From a virus (lineage: Duplodnaviria; Caudoviricetes), in IMG/VR virus record IMGVR_UViG_3300012953_000041, positions 1 to 54,605 of that record: DNA of 54,605 nt. The stretch is one strand, 5' to 3'. A program made the translations under genes and the position numbers. Shown one piece after another: positions 9,629 through 19,200 of the stretch (position 1 is the first letter of the stretch; the number at the start of each line of letters is the position of its first letter). A model generated the notes under the pieces. The model was not told the origin of the DNA. It did no database searches and was given only the letters and a program-made list of their open reading frames with translations.

Positions 9629-12091
9629 ATGGCAACAGGTAATTATACAAGAACCCCAGATTCACATAGACGATTTCGAGATATCGGACCGTATGAAGCC
9701 GTAGTGGTAAATCACTTAGATGTGAGGTATATGGGAGGGTTAGAAGTTGAAATAGTAAAATATAGTGGTTCTGGAGGGTCTCCAGAAAAAGGTGGCGAAC
9801 TTGTACAAGTTAGATATTTAAGTCCTTTTTATGGTATTACACCTGCATCAGGCCTAACACCAAATGACGGATATCAAAATACGCAAAAAAGTTATGGTAT
9901 GTGGGCAGTTCCGCCAGATATTGGAACAAGAGTATTAGTTATATTTGCTGAAGGAAATCCAAATCTTGGATACTGGATAGGATGTATTCCTGATGATTAT
10001 ATGAACTTTATGGTTCCAGATGGTCGAGCTAGTACAGAACAAACAACAGCATTAACTCCTGAAAATATTAAAGGTGCTAAATTACCTGTAGGAGAATATA
10101 ATAAAGCATTTGAAGATGGCTCATTAATTGATCCAACATTATTTAAAAAACCCTATAACAAAGACTTTACTGAAGTATTAGAAACACAGGGGTTATTGTT
10201 AGATGAAAATAGAGGAACAACTACTACCAGTGCTAGAAGAGAAATGCCAAGCATGGTTTTTGGTCTTAGTACACCTGGACCTATTGATAAAAGAGATGGT
10301 GCTCCAAAGGTTACTATAGGACCAGCAGAAGATAAGGTAACAATGCCTTATAATAGACTAGGCGGATCTAGTTTTGTTATGGATGACGGTGATCCTTCTT
10401 TTATTAGAAAAACTCATCCAGAAGATGGTCCTCCGATTTATCTTAATCAAATGGCATCCGAAGAAGGAGGAAAATATACTATTCCTCAAAATGAACTTGT
10501 GCGTATGCGTACTCGTACAGGTCATCAAATTTTAATGCATAATTCAGAAGATTTAATTTATATCGGAAATGCTCGAGGAACTACTTGGATTGAAATGACC
10601 AGCGATGGAAAAATTGATATACATGCACAAGATAGTGTGAGTATTATGACTGATAATGATTTAAATATTACAGCAGAACGAGATATTAATTTTGAAGCTG
10701 GAAGAAATATTAATATGAAAGCTACTGCACGATATAGTAAAGGTGCAGAAACAGACAATCAAGGAAATGAAAGTGGTAGAGTGCAAATAGAAGCACAACA
10801 TAACCATAATTTATTTGTAGGCAAAGATTCAAAAATTACAGTTGCCGGCAATATGCATACTGGGGTTGGAGAAAATCAATTTATATCAACAGGTAAATTT
10901 TTACATATTAACACAGGACAAGATAATAGATTAACAGCAGGATCATATACTCATATTAACTCCGGCAAAGAACACAGAGAAACAGCTACATTTATACATA
11001 TGAACGGACCAAGTGCTGCTAAAGCTAATCAAGCTTCTATTGTTGAACCTTTAGAAACAGTACAACTACCTTATGTATTTCCAGGCTCAACTACACCAGT
11101 TGCATATGATAGTATTTTAACAAGAGCACCTCAGCACGAACCTTGGCCGCATCACGAGAATTTAGATCCTGCATCCTTTAAAAAACCAGAAACTGATAGG
11201 GAATCACCAGGAACATTATCAACATCAGAAAGAGTGTTAACACCAGACACTTTCTTTAAAAATAAAGGTGGTAGAACGTCAAGTTCTTTCGTATCTGGAT
11301 CAGGAGGTGGATTAACAAGTGGTCATCAAAGTACGGGTGGAGGCACAGGTTCAGGAGTAGGAACAGTTCCATTAGATAATTATTCGAGTAATTTTAAATT
11401 TGATAAGGAATTAGGATCACTTAGTTCAAAATACGAGTCAAGAGGAAATCCATCAGCAATTGGATTTGACAGTACAGGCGGTTGGAGTTACGGAACTTAT
11501 CAATTAGCTAGTAAAGTTGGAGCATTTAAAGGATACATGAAGTTTCTGAAATCAAAGCATCCAGATGTATTTGAAGTACTACAAACTTCTGGAGGAAATT
11601 CAGCAGCAACAAATGGAACAGATGCATTCAAAGAAACTTGGCAATTAGCAATGTCAGAAGAAGATAAAGCAGAAACACAACATGCTTATGCAGTGGTAAC
11701 ATATTTTGTTCCAGCAGCTGATAAAGTTACTAAAAGTACTGGTATTGATGTTAGAGTAAAATCAAAAACATTACAAGACGTATTATGGTCTACATCAGTA
11801 CAACATGGCGCTGGCGGATGTAATAGAATATTTAAAAGAGCTATCAAAGCATGTGGAAATCCAGCACCTACAGACGAAGCTTTAATTGTAGCAGTTTATA
11901 ATGAAAGAGCAAAAAATAACGGATTAGCATATTTTAAACGTAGTAATGCTAATGTTAGAGCTAGTGTTGTTAAAAGATTTAATAATGAAAAACTTGATGC
12001 TTTAAAAAGTTTAGAGCTAGAAATTAAACAAGCTAATAATCCAGTTCAGGGTCAGCCTAACGAAGTCACTCTGCCAATAGGTCCTCAATAA
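9629..12091 (+). CDS. gp5: Baseplate central spike (gp5/VgrG-like) with C-terminal lysozyme-like domain
   Basis: OB-fold motif SYGMWAVPPDIGTRVLVIF..G...GYWIGC, RTRTGHQI and beta-helix repeats, RAPQHEPW..HE, Gly/Ser linker, then LS.KYES.G....G.D..GG.SYG.YQ muramidase-like domain. Confidence 0.85.
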   Translation: MATGNYTRTPDSHRRFRDIGPYEAVVVNHLDVRYMGGLEVEIVKYSGSGGSPEKGGELVQVRYLSPFYGITPASGLTPNDGYQNTQKSYGMWAVPPDIGTRVLVIFAEGNPNLGYWIGCIPDDYMNFMVPDGRASTEQTTALTPENIKGAKLPVGEYNKAFEDGSLIDPTLFKKPYNKDFTEVLETQGLLLDENRGTTTTSARREMPSMVFGLSTPGPIDKRDGAPKVTIGPAEDKVTMPYNRLGGSSFVMDDGDPSFIRKTHPEDGPPIYLNQMASEEGGKYTIPQNELVRMRTRTGHQILMHNSEDLIYIGNARGTTWIEMTSDGKIDIHAQDSVSIMTDNDLNITAERDINFEAGRNINMKATARYSKGAETDNQGNESGRVQIEAQHNHNLFVGKDSKITVAGNMHTGVGENQFISTGKFLHINTGQDNRLTAGSYTHINSGKEHRETATFIHMNGPSAAKANQASIVEPLETVQLPYVFPGSTTPVAYDSILTRAPQHEPWPHHENLDPASFKKPETDRESPGTLSTSERVLTPDTFFKNKGGRTSSSFVSGSGGGLTSGHQSTGGGTGSGVGTVPLDNYSSNFKFDKELGSLSSKYESRGNPSAIGFDSTGGWSYGTYQLASKVGAFKGYMKFLKSKHPDVFEVLQTSGGNSAATNGTDAFKETWQLAMSEEDKAETQHAYAVVTYFVPAADKVTKSTGIDVRVKSKTLQDVLWSTSVQHGAGGCNRIFKRAIKACGNPAPTDEALIVAVYNERAKNNGLAYFKRSNANVRASVVKRFNNEKLDALKSLELEIKQANNPVQGQPNEVTLPIGPQ

Positions 12092-12096
12092 TAGGG

Positions 12097-12102
12097 TAAA
12101 TA
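12097..12102 (+). promoter_or_regulatory. Late promoter TAAATA
   Basis: ggTAAATAtagtATG in the 15-nt intergenic gap. Confidence 0.7.
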
Positions 12103-12106
12103 TAGT

Positions 12107-12544
12107 ATGAGCGAATTAGAAAAAAACCTATACAAACGTGTTACTGTTCCACCAAAACAGCAAGATGCTGTTAAGGGGAGAGCCTATAGAGGATTTTCTA
12201 CAGTTGATAATACATCTAAAGGTTTTGCAAGATACGATTTTGAACTTATTAAACAAGACTTAATTAATCATTTTCATATACGCCAAGGCGAAAAACTTAG
12301 CGATCCAGGCTTTGGAACAATTATATGGGATATGCTATTTGAACCATTTACATCTGACGTACAAGATGCTATTGTAGAAGATGTAACTAAAATTGTAAAC
12401 TATGATCCAAGATTAGGTGTAGATGAAATTATTGTTGACACTTACGAAAAAGGTATTACTGTAGAATGTACTATAGTATTTCTTCCTTATAACATATCTG
12501 AACAGCTACGTTTTACGTTTGATCAAGCTAATGGCTTGTTATAA
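12107..12544 (+). CDS. gp25: Baseplate wedge subunit gp25
   Basis: D.ELIKQDLINHF..RQGEK...PGFGT.IWD.LFEP...YDPR is the gp25/GPW signature. Confidence 0.9.
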   Translation: MSELEKNLYKRVTVPPKQQDAVKGRAYRGFSTVDNTSKGFARYDFELIKQDLINHFHIRQGEKLSDPGFGTIIWDMLFEPFTSDVQDAIVEDVTKIVNYDPRLGVDEIIVDTYEKGITVECTIVFLPYNISEQLRFTFDQANGLL

Positions 12545-12557
12545 ATTATATACGCAC

Positions 12558-12577
12558 TTATCTGTAACAGATAAATA
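12558..12577 (+). promoter_or_regulatory. Late promoter TAAATA (12572-12577) overlapped by inverted repeat TTATCTGT-A-ACAGATAA
   Basis: Read directly in the gp25-gp6 gap. GAGG RBS downstream. Confidence 0.7.
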
Positions 12578-12600
12578 TCATAGTAATAGAGGAAACCGAC

Positions 12601-15600
12601 ATGTCGTCAACAGATAGACAGACAAGATTATTAGTATCTGAAGATTGGAAGCGAGTTTATCAAGCATTTCGTAATGCTGACTTCCAAAGTTATGACTTTG
12701 ACAATCTTCGTCGAACAATGATTAATTACCTTAGGCAAAATTATCCTGAGGACTTTAATGATTATATTGAATCATCAGAATATCTAGCATTAATTGAAAT
12801 GATTGCGTTCCTTGGACAAAATCTTAGCTTCCGAGTTGATCTAAATGCTAGAGAAAATTTCTTAGAAACAGCAGAGCGTAGAGAAAGCATTTTACGTTTA
12901 GCACGTATGCTTTCGTATAACCCACGTAGAAATCAAGCTGCAAACGGCTTATTAAAACTTGCTACAGTCAAAACAACAGAAGCTATTATTGACAGTTCAG
13001 GACAAAATCTTTCAAGTACAGTTATTAAATGGAACGATCAAGCTAATACAAGCTATTTTGAACAAGTTATTAAAATTTTAAATTCTGCATTACCGGTAAC
13101 AAACAATATTGGTAACCCTTTAAAAAGTGCATCAATAGCAAACGTCATTACTCAGCAATATAGATTTAATGCTACAAATACAACTTCAGCTATATTTCCT
13201 TATACAAAAAGAGTAGAAGGAGTAAGCACACGTTTTGAAGTAGTAAGTTCAGGTATTTCCGGAGAAAGTATAATAGAAGAACCACCAATTCCTGGAAATA
13301 GTCCTGCATTTTTATTCCGAGATGATGGTCAAGGTGCCGGCAGTACTAATACTGGATTTTTTATGCAGTTTAGACAAGGTAAATTAGATAGTTCTGTGTT
13401 TAATGTTTCTTCACCAACACCTAATCAATCAGTTGCTGTTGACGTTACTGATATTAATGATACAGATCTATGGTTATACAATATTGATACTAACGGTTTT
13501 GAAACAGATTTTTGGACAAAGGTTGATGCTGTAGAAGGCAATAATATTATATACAATAATTTATTCCAAGGATTAAAAAATGTTTATGCTGTTAATACTA
13601 GAGTAGGCGATAGGATAAATTTAGTATTTTCCGACGGTGTATTTGGAAATTTACCTTCAGGTAACTTTAAAGTATATTATAGAACTAGCTCTAATGCAAG
13701 TAGTATTATTACTCCTGGTGCAATGGGAAATGTTAATATTGATATTCCTTATCAAAATAGAGCAGGTGGGTTAGAAACACTTACTTTAGGATTTAGATTA
13801 AATTATACAGTTTCTAATGGATCTGCTTCGGAATCTAATTCCGAGATTAAAAGCAATGCTCCTGCAACTTATTATACTCAAAACAGACTAGTTACAGGCG
13901 AAGATTATAATATTGGCCCATTAGCAGTTAGTCAAGAAGTTATTAAAACTAAAAGCACTAATAGAATTAGTAGTGGAGTAAGTAGATACTTTGATCTTAA
14001 AGATGTATCAGGAAAATATAGCAACACAAGTTTATTTGCAGATGACGGAGTTTTATACAAAGAGATATTTTTAGAAAAAAGCCAATTTACATTTACTACA
14101 CAAAGTGATATTGAGGGAATTATTAATAACACAATTGAACCAATATTAAGTTCTTCAAATACTAGGAATTTTTATCTAGATCAATTCCCAAAAACTATAG
14201 TGTCAGATTTGAATGCTAAGTGGAGTAGATCTACAACAACAACAAATCAATCTACTGGACGGTTTTTAGATAGCACTGATTCGCCATATATGACCGGAAC
14301 ATTTACAGCAAACAGTTTGCGATATATTGAGCCAGGTGCGTTATGTAGATTTACTGCTCCAGCAGGAACGCATTTTATGGAAGACGGAAGTTTAATGCCA
14401 GGTGCAGCAGACCATTTAGGTTCTTCTACGTATAAGTGGTCTAGGGTAGTTTCTGTTAACGGAAACGGAACAATAGTAGACGAAGTAACCGGCGCAGGCC
14501 CAGTAATTTTTAATGATAATATTCCAACTTCTGCTATTTTAGATAGAATTATTCCTAACTTTTCAAGAGTGCTAGTAGATTCAATTAAGGTTCAAGTTAT
14601 TGACCAAACTTTTGCATATAAAGATTTTGGATTGAGATACGATCTACAAGACAGGCAATGGAAATTAATTACTAACGAAAATCTTAATACTTTATTAGAT
14701 TTTTCAACAGGAAAAACTGGAGATACTACAGGGCAAAATCTAGATTCTAGCTGGTTTTTATTTTTTAAAACAGATGGAGAAACTTATACTATAACATATA
14801 GAAATTTAAAATACGTTATAGAAAGTGCAGATGAAGTTAGATTTTATTTTGACGGAATTGACAAAGTTTATAGTCCGTCAACTGGACAAATAGTTAGAGA
14901 TAAAATTGATATTTTAAATATTAATAATAAACCAGCTAGTGTAAATTCATTTACAAAAGATTTTTCATGGTCGGTATCTAATGCTTATAGGGATCCAGAC
15001 GGATATGTTGATTCTCGTAAAATTGAAGTACAGTTCATTGATCTTGATGATGACGGCGTAGTAGATAATCCTGAACTATTCGACGAAATAGTCTCTCCTG
15101 ACACAGTAACAACAGCACAAAAAACTATTTTTCAAAAAAAGTATACTACTACAGATGGTGTACAAGACTTTAAATATTTTGATAATAAATTAAATGAAAT
15201 TACTATAGTTGCTAACGAAGCAGGAATAGCACCTTTTAGTACAAGAACTGAAGGGCAAGCATTTTATTTAGAAGATGAAAAAATTTTTAAAGTATTAAAC
15301 AAATCTTTAAACAATACTACAATAAGTTCTGATTATAAAGCATATGTAGGAAGAGGTGGATTAAAATTTCATTATGTACATGTTGCAGATAGTAACTATA
15401 GAATTGACCCAAGTGCAAGTAACTTAATTGATACTTACTTGCTAACAAAAACATATGATACTAATATTAGAAAATTTATTACAGGTGAAATAGCAACACA
15501 ACCTTTCCCTCAAAGTAATGATGAGTTATATAGGAGTTATGGAGCTCAGATTGACAAGATTAAAAGTATTAGTGACGAAGTTATTTACTATCCTGCAAAA

Positions 15601-16203
15601 TATAAAATATTATTTGGAAGCAAAGCACCGGCGGATTTACAAGTGAAATTTAAAATTGTTAAAAACAAAGATATAGTAACAAACGATAATGAATTAAAAT
15701 CAGATATTGTTGAAGCAATAAACAGATTTTTTACTATAGATAATTGGGATTTTGGAGAAACATTTTACTTTCAAGAACTTAGTGCATATATTATGACAGA
15801 ACTAACTCCTAAGTTAGCATCAATACTTATAGTTCCAAATCAAGGTACTCAATCATTTGGTAGTTTGTTTGAAATAAAATCAGAACCAGATGAAATTTTT
15901 ATTAGTGCTGCTACAGTTGCAGATATACAAACTATAAGTGAAATTACAGCTAAAGAAATACAGTCTAGCGGTACAGTAATTACAGCTTCTACGGCTACTA
16001 ACACAACTTCGGGAATAACTAGTTCGGCATCTTCAGCTACAGCAGTTACATCAGCATCAGCAGGAGGCGGGCTGAATACAAGTTCAAGTAGCTCAAGTAG
16101 TTCAAGTAGTTCAAGTAGTTCAAGTAGCTCAAGCAGTTCAAGTGGTTCAGGATCAAGTGGTTCCGGATCAAGTGGTTCCGGTGGTGGAGGATCTAGCTAC
16201 TAA
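12601..16203 (+). CDS. gp6: Baseplate wedge subunit gp6-like, extended, with Ser/Gly-rich C-terminal tail
   Basis: DFDNLR..MINYL, FNDYIESSE, ENFLETAERRESILRLA..LSYNP, FSDGVFG..P, ES...IK.NAP..Y.TQNRLVT.EDY: gp6/baseplate J motifs. Confidence 0.9.
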   Translation: MSSTDRQTRLLVSEDWKRVYQAFRNADFQSYDFDNLRRTMINYLRQNYPEDFNDYIESSEYLALIEMIAFLGQNLSFRVDLNARENFLETAERRESILRLARMLSYNPRRNQAANGLLKLATVKTTEAIIDSSGQNLSSTVIKWNDQANTSYFEQVIKILNSALPVTNNIGNPLKSASIANVITQQYRFNATNTTSAIFPYTKRVEGVSTRFEVVSSGISGESIIEEPPIPGNSPAFLFRDDGQGAGSTNTGFFMQFRQGKLDSSVFNVSSPTPNQSVAVDVTDINDTDLWLYNIDTNGFETDFWTKVDAVEGNNIIYNNLFQGLKNVYAVNTRVGDRINLVFSDGVFGNLPSGNFKVYYRTSSNASSIITPGAMGNVNIDIPYQNRAGGLETLTLGFRLNYTVSNGSASESNSEIKSNAPATYYTQNRLVTGEDYNIGPLAVSQEVIKTKSTNRISSGVSRYFDLKDVSGKYSNTSLFADDGVLYKEIFLEKSQFTFTTQSDIEGIINNTIEPILSSSNTRNFYLDQFPKTIVSDLNAKWSRSTTTTNQSTGRFLDSTDSPYMTGTFTANSLRYIEPGALCRFTAPAGTHFMEDGSLMPGAADHLGSSTYKWSRVVSVNGNGTIVDEVTGAGPVIFNDNIPTSAILDRIIPNFSRVLVDSIKVQVIDQTFAYKDFGLRYDLQDRQWKLITNENLNTLLDFSTGKTGDTTGQNLDSSWFLFFKTDGETYTITYRNLKYVIESADEVRFYFDGIDKVYSPSTGQIVRDKIDILNINNKPASVNSFTKDFSWSVSNAYRDPDGYVDSRKIEVQFIDLDDDGVVDNPELFDEIVSPDTVTTAQKTIFQKKYTTTDGVQDFKYFDNKLNEITIVANEAGIAPFSTRTEGQAFYLEDEKIFKVLNKSLNNTTISSDYKAYVGRGGLKFHYVHVADSNYRIDPSASNLIDTYLLTKTYDTNIRKFITGEIATQPFPQSNDELYRSYGAQIDKIKSISDEVIYYPAKYKILFGSKAPADLQVKFKIVKNKDIVTNDNELKSDIVEAINRFFTIDNWDFGETFYFQELSAYIMTELTPKLASILIVPNQGTQSFGSLFEIKSEPDEIFISAATVADIQTISEITAKEIQSSGTVITASTATNTTSGITSSASSATAVTSASAGGGLNTSSSSSSSSSSSSSSSSSSSSSGSGSSGSGSSGSGGGGSSY
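16081..16182 (+). repeat. Coding tandem repeat: 7 x 9 bp (AGYTCAAGY) then about 2.6 x 15 bp (GGTTCMGGATCAAGT)
   Basis: Encodes 21 consecutive Ser followed by GSGSS repeats at the end of gp6. Confidence 0.95.
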
Positions 16204-19200
16204 TGGCTTACAATAATTTCCAAAACGAGAGCCCTTTACCGGTTCCTGGTGCAAAGGTTAAAAATATAAGTGTTGAGTTTTTACCTAAATTTTTTAGAAC
16301 AGAAGCTAATAGAAAATTTTTACAAGGTACATTAGATCAATTAATACAACCTGGTGTCGCAGAAAAACTTAGCGGCTACATTGGTAGAGAAACTGCAAAA
16401 GCATATACTCCCAAAGACAATTATATTGGAGATGTAAGTGCTGATAGAAATAATTATCAGTTAGAGCCTGCGGCAGTAATTAAAGATAATTTAGATAATG
16501 TAATTTTTTATAAAGATTATAATGATTATATGAACCAGTTAGGTTCGTTCGGCGCAAATAAAGATAATCATAGTAGAATTAATAATCAAGAATCTTACGG
16601 TTGGAATCCTAATATTGACTGGGATAAGTTTGTAAACTTTCGTGAGTACTATTGGTTACCAAATGGCCCGAGCACAGTTGCAGTCCGAGGACAAAGTAAA
16701 GAAATAGTTAGCACATATACTGTTACTACAGAAGATCAAGGTGATAATGTTGCATATGTTTTCAATGACGGATTAACTCGTAATCCTACAATTAAATTAT
16801 ACAAAGGACAAACGTATAGATTCGAAATTAACACACCAGGACATCCTATAGCGTTTTCAATATCAAGAACATTTACACCAGGATCTGCAATACTAACTGC
16901 CGGTAGTGAAGGAATTAGAGCTGATGGTCAGTTTGATGGTGCATTATATGGAAATAACTATGATCAGGGAGACTTTGTAGTATTACCCAGTAGCGGATCT
17001 GTTACTTTTGAAGCAGATGAAAACGTTAGTACATTGTACCCAACAGGAATAACAAAGTATGGAAAAGAAGGCGAAACAATTTCGGTTGTTTATGTTGATG
17101 AAGGTACAATAGAATTTACTGTTCCGGAAAATGCTCCGAGCAGGTTGTATTATATTAGTAAAAATAATGTTGATACTAGCGGACTTATTAAAATTTATGA
17201 TATTGCAGAAAATTCTGCAATTAATATCACTGATGAAGTATTAGGCAAAAAAACTTATACAAGTGCAAATGGTGTAGTATTATCAAACGGAATGAAAGTT
17301 GAATTCCAAGGCGAGGTAACCCCAGCAAAATATGATAATAATCAATGGTATGTCGAGGGAGTTGGTGATAAGATTAAGCTTATAAATGATAAAGACTTAA
17401 TTATTCCTGCAGCATATTCAACTGATAAGTTAATACCATTTGATACTGATGCATTTGATGCATTACCATTTGCTGATGCGAAAGCATTTGCTGAGAAAAA
17501 AGATTATATTACTGTCAACAGAGCCAGCCCAGATCGAAACGCATGGAGTCGTTATAATTGTTGGTATCATAAAGACGTTATTCTTGCAAGCGAAACATAT
17601 AATCAGTTACCAAATTCTTTGGATGAAACAACCAGAGCAAAACGTCCTATTATTGAATTCGAAGCAGGGTTAAAATTAAACAACTTTGGTGTATTTGCTA
17701 AAACTGACGTAGACTTAATTGATGTTTTTACAAAAGATGTCTTTAGTACTATCGAAGGATCAGCAGGATATAATATTGATGGTATTGATTTAGCTGACGG
17801 TATGCGTATTTTATTTACAGCTGACACTGATAATTTAGTAGGCGGAAGAATTTATAAAGTTAATTTTGTAACAATTAACAAAGTTCGTCAAATTAACTTA
17901 AGACCTGAAACTGATACAGATCCTATTAATTTAGAAACTGTACTAGTTACTAATGGTACAAAATATGCAGGTACTAGCTTTCATTATGATGGAACTAGAT
18001 GGGTACAGTCACAACAAAAAACAGCAAATAATCAGCACCCTATGTTTGAAGTATTTGACTCTAATACACATAGCTTTAGTGATACAGCTTATTATGGATC
18101 TACTACTTTTGCAGGATCTAAAGTATTCTCATATAAACAAGGTATAGGTAACAATGATCCTGAGTTAGGATTTCCTTTAACTTATAGGGCTATTACTAAT
18201 TCAGGCGATATAGTTTTTAATTTTAATCTATTAAATGACGAATTTACATATCAAACAGAAACTGATTTATTAACTCAAAAGATAGACACAGGTTATCTTA
18301 AAAAATATAAATCATTAACATCTTTTGATTATGTTAATGCATTCAGTAGTTTGCCTACTAACACTAGACAAATGATCGTTAAGCAATATGATGCTACTTC
18401 AACTAAACTTAATAATTTTGAAATTGATGTTTATGAAAAAGCTGGCGAATTAAATGACTTAAGAGTAAATGTTTACGTAGATAACAAATTAAAAGTTCAT
18501 CTTCAAGACTATCAAATTGATAGAACAAATGGATTTGCTGTAGTTAGGTTTAATAAAGATTTAAATGTTGATCAAGTTGTCAAAATAAAAACACATAGTT
18601 TAGCAAAGAAAACTGCCAACGGATATTATGAGTTTCCCCATAACTTAGAAAGAAATCCCCTAAACGAAGATATAACTGAATTTACATTAGGCGAAGTTAT
18701 TGATCATGTAGATACTATGATCGAAGATGTACAAGATTTTAGAGGCGTATATCCAGGAAGAAGTAATTTAAGAGACTCAGGCGAAACAGATCATTTTGGT
18801 AAACGATTTGTTAAACATAGTGGCCCTATTAATGTCCCTTTATATCATATTACAAATAAAGATTTTAATATTGTAAAAGCTATTAAGTATTCCAAAAACG
18901 AATATTCTAGATTTAAAAGAAAGTTTTTAGAAACAGCGAATAACTTAGGATATGATGGCCCTATAAAGCAACATGTAGATAAAATACTAAACGAGCTTAA
19001 TAAAGAAAAATTAAAGTCTGAACCGTTTTACTTTTCAGATATGTTAGGTTATGGTGATGCAAATAGGATTGAATATACAGTTTTAGATGAAAAAACTACA
19101 ACGTACCCTATAACTACTTCTTTTAACTTAACATCTCTTAGTGCTAAAAGCATTAACATTTATCTAAATGGAAAGCAACTAGTACACAATAAAGATTATA

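Noticed and set aside
16081-16182. Tandem repeats as CRISPR array or origin iterons
   Set aside because: No spacers; in-frame coding repeats of Ser/Gly.
4144-16203. Bacterial T6SS or extracellular contractile injection system
   Set aside because: Adjacent gp55/47/46, late promoters and tail fibres, with no membrane complex or ATPase, indicate a phage.
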